Assembly (NCBI GenBank): GCA_046563655.1
Contig: CM102286.1
Location: 11,408,001-11,472,000, forward strand
Direction: 5' to 3'
From: Yuukianura sp. NJ FZ-2021
Taxonomy: Eukaryota
Length of the DNA stretch: 64,000 nucleotides
The translations under genes and the position numbers were made by a program. The notes under the pieces were generated by a model, which had not been told where the DNA came from, did not search any database, and was given only the letters and a program-made list of their open reading frames with translations. Positions 48,376 through 64,000 of this stretch are shown in pieces; positions within the stretch are counted from its first letter, which is position 1, and every line of letters starts with the position of its first letter.

Positions 48376-50487
48376 ATGAGTCTGAATTTTGAAGATATTT
48401 TGGAAAATACTGGTACGTCTGGAGGGAATACGCATTAATTTCTACTTGAATTTACGCATTTTTGAAACATCTTGCTTAAACTAAATGAGACTGGAATTTT
48501 TTGAAAAATTTTAGGCGGATTTGGAAAATTTCAATTTTTGGTGTTGGTAATCGTCCTCGGTTTCGAAATTCCCATCGCTTTTGTTGGATTTGTTCCGATT
48601 TTTACTGGAACACTTCCAGAGTATTGGTTATGTAATGGCGTTCAAATTGGAAAAATGGAAGCTTGTAACTGTAATGGCACACTAGCGGCTCCGGCCCCAT
48701 TTACTTCCGTTGTTGCAGAGGTTAGTTGAACTTACAAAACCAAATTTGAGCACATGATTTAATTTTTAAAAAAATTATTTTTGGTTTGATTTTTTCGCTA
48801 GTGGAACCTCGTGTGTGACTATGCATGGATTCCTGACTTTATTAATAGTGCTCAAATGATGGGAATGATCGTCGGAGTTTTGTCGGCTTCACAACTTTCT
48901 GATTGGTTAAAAAAATTTGATATTCATGTTCAATATTTAAAAACATTACTCCACTATTTCAATATTGTGAATGATATGATTGTTACTAGGTATGGCAGGA
49001 AGTACTGTACTTTTGGTTCCGCCGTATTTCTGGGACTCGGTTCGTTCATTTCCGTCGTAGCGCCATATGCCCTTGTTTATGCTATTGGACGTGTAATTTG
49101 TGGAGCTGCATTTGCTGCCCTTTTAAATCTAACCGGAATTTACGCCATGGAGTTCATGCCAGTGAATAGGAGAGCGTTGTGCGGATGCGCAGGACCGTAT
49201 GGATGGGCTACCATGTCACTCGCAATTATTGCCTACTTTGTTAGACCATGGCGAACTTTGTTTTGGATCACAACCTCACCTCTACTGGTTTTTTGTCCAC
49301 TTCTGCTAATGTAAAAAAAAGTTTAGGTAATTTTAAAATATTAACAAGTTTTGTTTAAAAAATGATTTTTATAAGATTCATGCCAGAGAGTCCAAGAATT
49401 CTTATGCGTCAAGGAAGATTTGAAGAAGCAGCAAAATCAATCAATGTCATTGCGAAAATCAATGGCTGCCAAGAAGTCGGCATAGACGTGATACGCCAAG
49501 TTGCCGAAAACGAAAAGAGCAACTCCGTTGACAATCAACTATCTTGCATTGATTTGTTTCGGCAAAGTGACCTTCGGAAGAAAACATTATGTTTTTCATC
49601 CATTCTCTTTTCTTGGGCTATGCTCTACTTTGGCATTTTTTTCAACATCAAGAACCTTCCAGGAAATATTTACGTAAGCGCAGTATGCTTGGGCGTTTCT
49701 GACGTAGTTGGTTTTCCTGCAGCGTCTCTCATCATGGACAGGTAAATGAATAAGCGACTTTGACGTCTTGTTTTGTGTTCATCCAGCAAAAATTAACTAA
49801 ATTTTGTGTTTTCTTTTAATGATGAGCAGGTTTGGACGAAGCAAGTCAGTAGTTCTGACCATGTCGCTTGCAGCAAGCGTCATGGTGATTTTGGCGGGAC
49901 TTCAACTAATTCTAGAACTACCGTCTTTGCCAATTGTTGTCCTCGTGCTATGTACCGCCGCTAAATTTTTTATGGCCATGGCACGAAGTGTTACCAAATG
50001 TTTCGTTGGAGAATCGTATCCTACTGACATTCGAGCTATTGGTATTCGAAATTACAAAAAATACACGATATACGTCGTCAGTCACAAGTTGGGAAAAAAA
50101 TATACAATGGTAATGCTGGGTATTGGTTTTCAGCGGGTGCATTCATTGCCATTCCATCATCAACAGGAGCCGCGCTGTCACCTCAAGTCGCTTTTGTTGG
50201 TACAGGTAAGTTCAACAGCTTCATGTTTTCCACTTTTTAGATGTTTTGATTTTATAATACGGATTTTGATTAAAACATTTTTTTCAACAGTTGCACCCTC
50301 AGTGCCGTTCTTTGTGTTTGCTGCAATTGGAATCAGTGGATCTATCTTCTCCCTATTCATTACTGAAACCTCAGGAAAGCCATTACAAGACTCAATTGCA
50401 CGGAAGCTGAGTCGACGCATTAGCATCATGACATCAGTGTTTTCGCCAACTAAGGAAGACCAGAAGGAAAGCGTCTTGAACAACTAG
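48376..50487 (+). CDS. SLC22 organic cation transporter (MFS), multi-exon
   Basis: FEDILENT|GGFGKFQ, SVVAE|WNLVCD, SDWYGRK, PESPR, ESYPTDIR, ETSGKPL. Confidence 0.92.
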
Positions 50488-51875
50488 AATTTTCCGAGGA
50501 CGTTAAATTTCCAAAAAGATTGAATATTTAACATTTAAAATTTCCAAAAGTGAATCACTTTTCGAATTTTGCGAATCAAATAGCCTTTAAATAAGCAATT
50601 GGTATTCGGAATATTAACATAGTTTTGGAACTTACTGTTGAACAATTCGTGATTTTGAACGCATGGCTTAAAATCCTCTGATTGTAGAGGCAATTCCTTT
50701 GCAATTTCAATGTGAGACTCAAGTCATATTGTATTTGATACGGAAAAGTTCCAATAAACTTTCATTATGCTTTCACTAATGTGTTTATTCCAGTTTAAAG
50801 GAGGACGTTTCTGCAGAGGCGATTTTCCGATTCATGCTGCCAAGTATGAATCGGAAAATTTTAATCATTTTATTATCGTCGTTTCTAAATGTTCGGAATG
50901 CCACAATCGTGTATTGGTTGAATTATGATTGGTTTTTAAAGAGAATATACTCAGCAATAAAAGCAGCGCTTACGTGATTCTTTTTCGACAAATGTGATTT
51001 GTTCACCGGTCAAAACTGGGACGACTGCTTAGAACTAATTTTTTCCAGACTGCAATCGGCACAACCAAAGATGGCACAAATTAATTGAGCATGTGCGTGT
51101 TTAGGAATTGGCGTCATTAGGAACTGATTTACTGAAACGGTTATGCTCTAGCTAACTACTTCAAATTTGCTTAACAATTATTAGCTGACAGTTAAGTTTT
51201 AGTATTATAGCCACTTCGTTAACGTTGGTTGTCAACACTTTTTCCAGACAAATCTGGTTGTGATTGTGAACCAAATAAGTCAGCTTATTCTTATGGAAAT
51301 TAAGTACTGCTCAATGGGCAATCTTTAGAAAACATTCTATTAGCTTTTCCACCACTATAATTGTTATCGTCAAACGTCAATTCCGAATTCAGAATTCAAA
51401 TCTGGATGGCTATTTGTTCATGTTGTTGCAAAGCTTTATGAAAATTTAATTCTAGAACATTGCCCTCTAAACTAACATACCCTTGCATATGATGTAATTG
51501 CTTAGAGAAACTACGCATGCGCTGCCGTTGTGTGTCCGATAACAATTTGTCGATCTACAAGTAGTACTTAACTAATGAAATATTAATGAGCACTGATGGA
51601 TAATTATGGGCGATGATGGCTTCCTAGAATGCCAGTTGAAATCGAAGCACCTAAAGTCGTCGATTCAGAATACAAATTGCTCCTGCTTCTGGAAAGTTTT
51701 AAATAAATTTTGAACTTTTTAACAAAGCGCAAGTTTTGCCGTTGGATGCTGAATTGCCAGACGGCATTTATTCGCTCTACAGTCAACAACAAAAACTTGT
51801 TTATATAAAAAAAATTCGCGAACTTGAAAAAAGCAATTTGGAACTAGCGTTTTGCCCAACCACCCATAAGTTACC

Positions 51876-54800
51876 ATGGTTTTGAGCATTCTTGATCCGC
51901 ACGACTACGCCGCCGATAAGGTCATGGCCAACCTCACGACACATTCGCACAACGTGACTACGGCTGAGGGCGGGTTTCTGTCAGGTCGTTCACCGTTTCT
52001 TTTCAATCCGAAGTCACCGCTTCCAACTTTCATCATCCAACTTCTGATCATCATCTGCATGTCACGAGTGGTCAAATTCATTCTTACTCCCATCAAACAA
52101 CCGAGTGTCATCAGTGAAATCATCAGCGGAATTCTACTTGGACCAACCGTATTGGGACATGTGCCTGGTTTTATGGAGACTGTTTTTCCGCCAGCATCAC
52201 TCCCGTTCCTTGGACTCGTTTCCAACTTTGGGCTCGTTCTGTTCCTGTTTCTGGTTGGGCTGGAACTGGATCCGCGCATGCTCAGGAAATCAGTGAAGAA
52301 GAGCCTAGCCATCTCCCTGGCTGGAATGATGCTGCCATTTTCATTGGGAATGGCCACAAGCTACGCTCTATACGTGTGGGTAGAGCACCCGTCACATACT
52401 GCCTCATTTACAACGTACTTCCTGTTCCTTGGAGTGGCCATGGCAATAACGGCTTTCCCTGTCCTGGCTCGTATTCTGACGGAACTTGACCTTCTGAAAA
52501 CAAAAGTCGGAGGAATAACTGTTTCCGCAGCGGTAAGTTTACAATTCGAATAAGGAACGCATCGGCACTGGACCTATTCCATGGCGTTTTAATTTAGCAA
52601 CCATAAAAATCATCCAGTTTTTCATAGCAATTACAACCGAGGGAAGTGCATTGACATAATTTCTCTAAAAGTGTAAATGCTGATGCTTCTGTTTAGGCCG
52701 TTGATGACGCTACGTCGTGGTGTCTTCTGGCGCTTGTTATCAGCCTCATCAATGCTGGTTCTGGAATGGTGGCTCTTTATGTGTTTCTGATCGGATTGGG
52801 CTACTCGTTGTTCCTCATTCTGGGCGTGCGTCCTCTGTACATTTGGGCTCTTCGCAGAAGCGGAGCATTCCAGAGTGAACCCAGTCAGTTGGTCATGTTC
52901 CTCACGCTGAGTCTGGTCTTCATCAGTGCTTTTATCACGGACGCCATTGGGATACATGCCATTTTTGGTGGTAAGGAATAAACTTATTGTTAATTGTGAC
53001 CGTAGGCATATTGTAGAAAAAAAACTCCTGTATCGACGAATTTTACACCGGCTTTGAAATTGAAAGAAAAATCCGACGTTTCATTATAGTATGCAAAATC
53101 AGTCCAAATAACGATAAAATAATAGCTTGGTTGAAGCTAATATAATATTTCAATTAACCTTCGTTCGTAATTAAATTAATGCTCAAGTACTTCCAATAAC
53201 AAAATGTTTTGTGACCAGGTTTTCTGGCTGGAATTATTATGCCGCATGAAGCTGGTTTTGCGTACCACGTAACATCAAAACTGGAGGATATCGTGAGCGT
53301 TCTGTTTCTCCCACTGTACTTTGCATTGTCTGGACTCAAGACGCAAATTGGCACTTTAGATGATGCGGTCAGTTGGGGTATGGTCGTCCTTGTCATTTTC
53401 GTTGCCTGTTTTGGTAAAATTTGCGGGTGCACCATAGCTGCAAGAGCATCGAAGATGAACTGGCGTGAATCCTTCACCGTTGGAGTTCTCATGAACTGCA
53501 AGGGGCTGGTTGAACTGATCGTCCTCAATCTTGGATACGATGCAAAAGTCATATCAGAGAAAACATTTGCTATCATGGTAAAATTCGAAGGCTCTACTAC
53601 ATAAATCTACATAAATATAACAGTTAATTAAACCGCTGCTTTTTGGCGTTTTTAATTAGGTTATCATGGCACTTGTCACGACGTTCCTAACGGTCCCGTT
53701 GGTAAATTATATTTATCCGCCAAAATATCACGACAAATCAGAAGATGCCTACAATATAAAACATCCAACAGAAACGCAATTACCATTGGAACCCAGCATC
53801 CTCGTTTCCGTCAATAAAATTGAGCAAGTACCTTCTGTTTTGAGTGTAATTGACCTCTTGGAGTCACGCTACAAGATACAAGGGTCAGAAACTCCGAAGG
53901 TTCATGATCACATAGCCTGTATCCCTGTTCCTCACAAAAACCTCAAAGATGCTAAGCAGAGTTCCAGGACCAAACTGGTAGTTAACGCCTTGCGACTTAT
54001 TGAAATTACTGAGCGTGACTCGTCTGTCATGCTGCAGACAAGCTCCGAAGCCTTGCGCGATGACCCAGTAATGAAGATGCTGCAAACATTCTGCGAAATT
54101 ACGTCACTTGATATTCGCGGCTTTATACGTGTCGTTACCATGCAAAACTTTGCTGACACATTGGCAAACACAGCTGTTGAGGTCAACGCGTCCTACATCA
54201 TTGTGCCATGGGCTGGAAGTGGGTCCCTTGTCGACGACATGGCGTCGCCGGTTCAACAACTTTTCCTAGAAATGCGCAGACAACTAACCTTGACAACGCC
54301 TGTCCAACACGCTAATTTTATTCAGGATTTGATGAACACTGTTCAGCAATCGGCAGTCCTTATTCTAGTGGACCGTGGACTCGAGATTACCAATGCAAGG
54401 GACAAGATTGAGCGCTTGGTACCCTACTACCAGCGCATTTTTCTTCCATTCTTCGGCGGAGTTGACGACCGTGCTGCTTTGGATATTGTGCTCGGAATGG
54501 CTAGCTGTAATGTCATGATTAATGTCATTCGGTTCAAACCGGCACAGTCGACCAGGTCCAACGAGTCAGATTTGGCCTGTGTTGGAAGCGAAACGCATAT
54601 CTTGGGTTTTCCCGAGTGGAATGCTCCTCTGGGCACACCAGATTCTATGGACGACGAGCTACTGCATCAATATTTCGGAAGTACAGAAGCCCGGTCGTGC
54701 TACACAAATGTATCCTACATGGAAGTGGAATCCGGCACTCCGCACTCAAGCATGTTGCGATACACGGCTGACTTAACTACGCGTGACCTGATTGTAGTGG

Positions 54801-54952
54801 GAAAGGGAATGTCAAGTTTCTGGGGCGCAAGCTCGGCCCGCGGTGGGGATGTGGAAAGAAGAAAGGCTTTGGGAGACACGGCTGAAGCAATTATGACATC
54901 TCCATGCTCCGCCAGCCTACTTGTTGTTCAGGGAAAGAAAATAAAGACATAG
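51876..54952 (+). CDS. CPA2-family K+(Na+)/H+ antiporter of the fungal Kha1/plant CHX type. Exons 51876-52532, 52698-52970, 53219-53577, 53661-54952
   Basis: QPSVISEIISGILLGPT, FLFLVGLELD, AITAFPVLARILTEL, AAAVDDATSW, GIHAIFGGFLAG, LMNCKGLVELIVLNLG, and a CHX-type tail with PFFGGVDDRAAL and DLIVVG. Confidence 0.93.
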
Positions 54953-55685
54953 AGCCCTTTAACTTCACATTATGTAGTCGAAATTACGCTTGGTAAAGAG
55001 TTTGTTTGAATTCTGTACGATTACGATATATGTCATTGCTGATTAAACACGTCTGATTAACATAACATTATAAATCCTAGAATAAAATCCGATTAGTGAC
55101 ATATTTGTAAAGGCTGTCAAAAAAATTTTTATGCGGTTGGCATAGTGATAGTTTTATGTTCTGGCCATGCAAATGAGCTTAATCTAAGCCACTCCTCCAT
55201 GTCTCGGAAAAACTCCCCATCGATGTTGTTTCCCGCCGAAAGTTTGTTTCGGTTAAGAAGTTAGCGCGGCAAATAAAAGTCAACCGACGCTTTTTCTTTG
55301 CTTCTTGGCTATCAGTTTTGCTCTGCTGTTTTCTAGTAAAAGTTCACTAGTTAAACACTAAATATTATTGAATTAAGTTGCCGTACGACAATTAAAAAGT
55401 GATCTGTACGTGAATTGAGCGAGAATAACTTCAATTAAGGTGAGTGAGCCACTTCTATTGTTTTCTAATTCAGTTATTGGTACTACTGCATTGTGAGAGG
55501 GGATTTATGTCGCAAAACGAAAAAAGTTATTTGCTAATGGCTACTATTTTATTTTGTTTTGGCAGTTAAGGTATGCCTGTCCATTACTCGGAAGAGCAGC
55601 GCCTTTGCATAATTAATCTTCGGTTGGAGTACAAAGATGAAACCAGTACCGAGCTCATGCACAAATATTTTTTAATATTTTTTTA

Positions 55686-55847
55686 CCGCCAAGACCTGCC
55701 ACTGCGTTGGACTTAATGCGACGAATTGATGATTTTTTTCGTGTGCATGTTACGCCTGAAAAACTCAGAAATGTAAGAGACGATTTTCGTAAACGTTTAC
55801 AACTTTGTCTTTTGGAAAATGGGAGTCATTTTGAATATTTAAAATAA
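55686..55847 (+). pseudogene. C-terminal relic of a Tc1/mariner-superfamily transposase
   Basis: Manual translation PPRPATALDLMRRID...RNVRDDFRKRLQLCLLENGSHFEYLK* matches the typical RL..C...NG.HFE terminus. Confidence 0.65.
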
Positions 55848-57265
55848 TCTGCTTGCTACCCCTCCATATTCTGCATATTTTTTTTCCATTTCCATGTGTT
55901 TCTTGGTCAAATGTCAATGTAAAGCCGATTACTGTGGTTTACAATTTGTTATTTTAAGGCAATAAATTCACCTTTACAATATCCGTAAAGCTTAATTAAT
56001 AATTAATATTTCAAAACTAATGTTTTAATACAACTTCTGGTAGGCGCAACACTCCACTGAATCTAACTTTCCGACAGAATGAACGAGTATTTAGGTTGGG
56101 TTAAGCTATAGTGGCCGTCATTTAATCCGCACAGTGTAAGCATCCGTGATTTTTAGTGGCTACAACGGGTGGTGGCTACTCTATGTCAACTTTCGTTGCC
56201 GCTTTATGTTAGGTAAAAGTGGCAAAATTTCAGATGCCACTCAGGTGTAGCCATTATTGTAGTGACTAAAATAGCGGGATGCCTACACTGTGCGGCTACA
56301 ATGACGATCGTTAATCCTTACGGCGACCAGTATTTCCGAACCGAGAGGGGGAGTTGTTCCGAGACATGGAGGAGTGGCTTAGATGAAGCTCATTTGCATG
56401 GCCAGAACATAAAACTATCACATACTACTTTATACATTTTTCTCCTTTACTTACCGGGCTAGGTTAAAGCTAACAATCAAAGGTAACAATGAGTAGTAAA
56501 CTGCAAATTCTTTAACTCGGGATAATAATATTTAACTGGAGATAACGTCTGCAAAGGCGGTGACAAGGTGATAGCTAAAACAAAAAATGTAGCTACTCAT
56601 TGACCTAAACTACTTGTGTAGTGGTAGTTTGTTGGGTAGTCAGAGGTTATGTGTATGTCATTCGGAATTTTTTTTTCTACATAATTGGACTAGATACCTT
56701 CAATACAACTAGGTAACTTAAGAATACAAATAAGAAAAGCTTTACCTAGGTGTATATTTTTATCTGGTGATGTTTTTGGGAATGATTTCCCCCCATACGT
56801 TTGTCGTGTCCGACATGGAACCGCAATCAGCTTTTTATTCCTACCCTACTATTCAATGTAACTTTGAATTACGGTAGTAGATTATATTTATGTACAATAA
56901 TCTGGGAATTTAATATATTATGTACATAATATGTTTATAGTGGTTGGATTGGAAAGGCACACTGCTTTTCTTTCAAACTTACTTTCTTGAATACAATTAT
57001 GGGTGCCCATGGCTAAAGGCATTGGCGGAGTGTCCAAGTTCAACTCCTACCACGACTTCCAAAAAACAAAAACAAAAATATTTGTCTCGATGGTTGGGTT
57101 CTTATTTTCAGTGTTCTGTTTAGTTAGTTCTTTAGCTGATTGAGAGGTAAATTTTTTTTATATCATTCTCATTCATGTTATCTTGAAGTTAAATGTCTGG
57201 CGATCTACGATTGCTAGTCTTCAATTTCTCTGAAGGTGGTGTTCAAGATCACGGCGAAGAAGAGG

Positions 57266-59652
<2,387 letters not shown>

Positions 59653-59890
59653 CACCTTCTTCTGCTTTAAAATCTTTACGCATTACGTAACTAATTCTTA
59701 TGTTGCTGCTAAAATATATAAATGCGATACTACTATAACATATGTACTGAGAGAGGGTCAAGAACCCAGATTAAGCTTTCCGAAAATCGTGGGGATTCCC
59801 AGTTTCGTCGAAGTAAACAGTGTAAAATACGTTTTATTATGTCGTTGTACTTGAATGATCTTGATATCTACACCTCATTCTCTAAATACT

Positions 59891-60002
59891 AAACTAAAAA
59901 CCTCAATCCTTTCTCCATTTCTTGTCGTGGGTCTCGGTGAGGCTTCGTCTATGGCCGCACTACATTGAAAAGAAATGGAGAAAGGTTTGAGGTTTTTAGT
60001 TT
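59891..60002. repeat. Near-perfect ~33-bp inverted repeat downstream of the STK11 stop
   Basis: aaactaaaaacctcaatcctttctccatttctt / aagaaatggagaaaggtttgaggtttttagttt, one mismatch. Confidence 0.85.
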
Positions 60003-60110
60003 CTAATTCAGAGAACGTGCTGTAATACTAAAGCTTTGGAGTAGTAAGTAACCGTAGATCTACTACTACTTTATGAAGCAGAAGCCAGAACCCAGACCTA
60101 TACAATACAC

Positions 60111-60379
60111 GGTTCCATGCCATTGTATCAATTCAATTGTATCAACTGCCATTGCATCAACTGAATTGTGCCAATTTGAATTGTATCAACGCTCAATTGT
60201 GTCAACGGCTACTTGTATCAACCAACGTAACGTAACCTAACCTAAGCTAAATTAAGCATTACACTCGTTGATACAATTAGTCGTTGATACAATTGACCAG
60301 TTGATACAATTCTAGTTGATACAATTAAGTTGAGGCAATTGCAGTTGATACAATTCAATTGATACAATGGCGTGCTACC
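60111..60379 (+). mobile_element. 269-bp foldback MITE, same family as 39272-39540
   Basis: 8-bp TSD CAATACAC, ends GGTTCC...GCTACC, central taacctaacctaa. Confidence 0.92.
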
Positions 60380-61392
60380 CAATACACTACTAGTCAATAA
60401 ACGGTTGTAAACCGTATCTAAACGTTAGTGACGAAATATTGACTGACGTTTGAGCCGGTAATTTTAGGCATCATAGACGCACGGCACTGGGGAATAGAAG
60501 CGTTAAAAACGTTTGAAACACGTTGGGAACCAATCCTAGTACATCAACTTTACGCAGATGTAGTACTAGAACCAGAAATCTAGATCATCGCCATTATCCA
60601 TGCGGTCTACGAATTTAGCTAAAATTTTATCTTTAAAGTTTTATAGTCTTCTAGCCTGCTTTCATTCTTTGTTGTTGCTTTTTTTTTTTATTTACGCATA
60701 ATGCTTTACGCTGTTACAGAATTCATTCATTGACGCCTTTATTTTCAGAGTTATCTTTATGCATTCCAATTTCAGATTAAGCTTCAGTAAGCATTGGCGT
60801 AAATGATCTATGGATGCTTCGTTATATTTGTTCAACCTCAAAACTTCAACCCTTAGAATTTGGATCCTCTTTTGCTGCTAGTATTGACGCTGCCTTGTAG
60901 TTCACAGGTCCATAGACATACAGCTGGCGATAGTCTTCGTCGGCATAGTCCAAGTCTACTGTAGTTGGCCGATATGGCTAGAAATATCAAGATACACATT
61001 AGGCTAGAATACTTACGAAACCCGAAAACGTACAACCGAATGTACTTTTAGAGGAGTATTCAATCGGTGCTAATCTATCAGGCAAATGTCTGTTTACAAA
61101 AAAATTAATAAAACAACGCGTCATTTAATTATATTAATTATGAGCAACAATCATTTAAGAGAGTTAATTGCCCGAAAGCTTGGGTCTTTTTTTTTCAATA
61201 AAATTAGATTCCACAAATGGTGTATATCCGAAAAATGCAAACTAAATCATTTACGATATTTGATTCGTTAAATCAAAACGAGAACTGTGTTAGTTTTGTT
61301 GTTACCAAAACGTAAGCATTTGTTTTTGAACAAGGGTAATACATTTATTCTACCAAACACTTTTGGTCAATCGGGGTAATTTCTCACTTATT

Positions 61393-62304
61393 AAGTAGCG
61401 AAAGTATGAGCTACTTTATGTTTTTCCCCGAGTCTGTCTGTCTGTCTGTCCGTCCGTCCGTCCGTCTGTCCGTCCGTCTGCTGGTCAAGCTAGCTCTGGA
61501 ACCGCTGGACCAATTTTCAATCTGTCTTTACAGATGAACTTGCCATGGTCTGGGGGTGTACAATCGGTGACTCGTTTGACCGGAGGTAGACCCCTTAAGG
61601 GTCAAAGGTCAAGGTCAAATAAATTTTTGACAGAAATCGAGAAAATGACCTCTACAAAAGTTGTTCATCTCATCGAACTGAACAACTTTTGTATAGGTGA
61701 CCTTGACCTTTGACCTGGGGTTCTGGAGATATAGACCTTAGAAGTTGCATAATGGGGTCGCTCTTGCTATTCGCGTCTATAACTCCAGAACCACTGGAGC
61801 GATTTTCAATCTGTCTTCACATTTCTACTTCACATATTCCAGGGATGTCTAATCAGTATCCAGCTTGACCGGATGTTGTCCAGGTCCGGGTCAAAGGTCA
61901 AGGTCAAGTACTTTTTTGACGGAATCAAATAATGACCTCTACAAAAGTTGTTCATCCCATTGTGGTGAACAACTTTTGTTAAGGTGACCTTGACCTTTGA
62001 CCTACGGTTCCAGAGATACTGACAATTTAAGTTTCGAAATGGCGCCCCTCGTCCTACTCAGGAAAGTATGACATACTTTGTGTTTTCCTCCGAGTCTGTC
62101 TGTCTGTCTGTCGGCCTGTCTGTCTGTCTGCACTAGAACTAACTATACCCTCGACACCATTGGACCGATTTGCAATCTGGCTTGCAAATCAGTTTATCAT
62201 AGCCTGGGGGTGATTAATGCGGCTCCGGTTTGACCGGAAGTCGACAATTTCCGGGTTGTCACTAGCTTCCTTTCGCTACTTACGTACGGCGTTTACAACG
62301 GTTT
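61393..62304 (+). mobile_element. HINE/DINE-1-like element, family B
   Basis: Sub-TIR AAGTAGCGAAAG / CTTTCGCTACTT, GTCT/GTCC microsatellite, internal ~300-bp repeated units, and a repeated 5' module near 62063. Confidence 0.75.
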
Positions 62305-63216
62305 ATTGGTAAAAGGCTCACTCAACGAAAATTGTTCTTCTTCGAAACGCTTGAAATTACCTACTGCATTTTTGAAACGTGATAACAAAAATTTTCAGTT
62401 TTTATATAATATTTAAATCAAAGTCAAGCAGCGATTTTCCGAAGATATTGCAATAATTGTATAAATATTTTTAATCACTATTACCCGGATATTTAATCAA
62501 TTAATTGCGCGGTTGAATATAATATATAAGGTGGGTAACATAATTTTTGATGTCCCTAATAAACAACAAAGCGAAAATGATTAAAAAATATTTGTGTTTA
62601 CTGCAATGATACTCTTGCTAAAACAAACCAACTTAATAGTACTGCACTAAAGAGTTATTAGTTGTGCGTGAAGTTTTCAACAAGTACCTAGAACAATAAG
62701 GCATTCAAGAATAAAGCAAAATGATATGAACAAAATCACTATTAAATGTATTAGCCTGTGCAGAAAAGTCCACTTAACTCTATGTACAAATATTGTTGAC
62801 TTCTAATGCCAGCTAAAATGGTTGTAGGGTAGCCATATTGTTGTCAAACTGCTGACATATTTTGCTGCCGGAGGTACGCCGTGCTTCCCGTTAATCATTC
62901 ACCGAAACAAAAAATCTATTCAATACTTTGACAATTTAATAGCTGTTAGCGGTATAAGGCGTATTAGGTTGACGCCTTCAATATCATTAATGTTTGTGAC
63001 ATTAGCATTACAAGGTGAAAGTTGAGATCGTTTTACGCACATGCGTACAGAGTAGAGAATTTTTTTTAAAATATCTTTTAGATTTTTAAGGTTTAAGTCT
63101 TTCCATATCTGCATATTACACAACGTGTTATATTTACGTCTTTTAAAAAACAGGCTAGGTGACTATACAAGTTACGAGCGTTGGTTTTACTCTAGAATTC
63201 ATTTTAGATAATTCAA

Positions 63217-64000
63217 CTATACCATTGACCGTGCAGTTTTTCGTGTAAACGGTATATTTTGGTAAGTATGTCGCCGTGATTGCCGAAGCGTTTGAATTCT
63301 AGGCGCAGGAAGAGGCGCTGGTTTCCACGATTCCATTTCCGTTGCTGCAACAATTTGAGAAATATTGGGATTATCATTACCCGTGTTTTCTGCATAAGTG
63401 TCTAATTTTCGTTCGCTTGGAAGTTCCTTGGTACGAGTTTCACTCATGCCATATTTGGAAGGTGATACCAACACTTCCGGCTTCTTCTGCTTTGGTGACA
63501 AGTTTGTTTTCGTGGGTATGCGGGATTTCTTACAAAGTTCCCTTGTGGGACTCATACTATGAACAATCGGGGGAGGCCTTTGACCTGTACTATTGTTACG
63601 CCTAGCTCTCAAATGACTAACACTTTGCGAAACGGTGGACGGTTCTACAGTATCCAGCATATTTGAACACGAAACAGGTTCTTGTCCATGGAATACATGA
63701 GATGAACCTTTGAGTTTTTGATTGTTTTGTGCAGAAATAGAAGAAGCTCTCCGTGGCATAACGGTAGCCAATTTTTCGTATTTTTTGTAAGGAAGGGTGG
63801 GTGTGGAAGATGTGGCGTTGAACGTAAAAGTACTTCCCCTTTTGATACCATTCTTAAGCATTGGATCATTGATGTGCTTCGATTCAGTATGAACTGGAAT
63901 GCCATTTGATTTGTGCTGCATCTCGACAACGCGAGTAGTAGGTAGTTTCGGCGTAACGCCAGAAGTGGTATGGACTTTTAAGCCGTCATTATCATTATGA
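63217..64000 (-). CDS. 3'-terminal exon of an unidentified gene; S/P/T/K-rich, probably disordered
   Basis: Frame is open from the window edge to TAG at 63217-63219 (about 260 codons). Ends PAPLPAPR...RRHTYQNIPF. Confidence 0.65.
   Translation of the reverse strand, partial: HNDNDGLKVHTTSGVTPKLPTTRVVEMQHKSNGIPVHTESKHINDPMLKNGIKRGSTFTFNATSSTPTLPYKKYEKLATVMPRRASSISAQNNQKLKGSSHVFHGQEPVSCSNMLDTVEPSTVSQSVSHLRARRNNSTGQRPPPIVHSMSPTRELCKKSRIPTKTNLSPKQKKPEVLVSPSKYGMSETRTKELPSERKLDTYAENTGNDNPNISQIVAATEMESWKPAPLPAPRIQTLRQSRRHTYQNIPFTRKTARSMV

Noticed and set aside
56040..56620. GTGGCTAC-like repeats, possible transposon remnant
   Set aside because: I could not define termini or a TSD.

Overview
This is eukaryotic, gene-dense DNA with short GT-AG introns (mostly about 55-100 nt) and TTAGG-type motifs. 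It is most consistent with an arthropod, possibly a springtail-like hexapod (inference). Conserved animal genes: 3' end of a B4GAT1-like gene, EHD1/Past1, a PP2A B56 subunit, GET4, a Zn-dependent ADH with a 1-bp frameshift, an SLC1 transporter, a GMC oxidoreductase, a divergent iGluR, a SEC14-like gene, an SLC22 transporter and STK11/LKB1. Two GR-like chemoreceptor genes are also present. Highlights: (1) a 37-44.5 kb cluster of small secreted candidate defence genes: a tandem-ShK protein, a Tae2/Dae2-type amidase homologue that appears to lack its catalytic Cys and His, a diapausin-like peptide, and a defensin-like peptide missed by the ORF track; (2) an intron-containing, fungal Kha1/CHX-type cation/H+ antiporter between animal genes, a candidate horizontal transfer; (3) a palindromic Tc1 element built from two left ends; (4) several non-autonomous transposon families. 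All family calls come from motif recognition by eye, not database searches. Exon boundaries were read manually.
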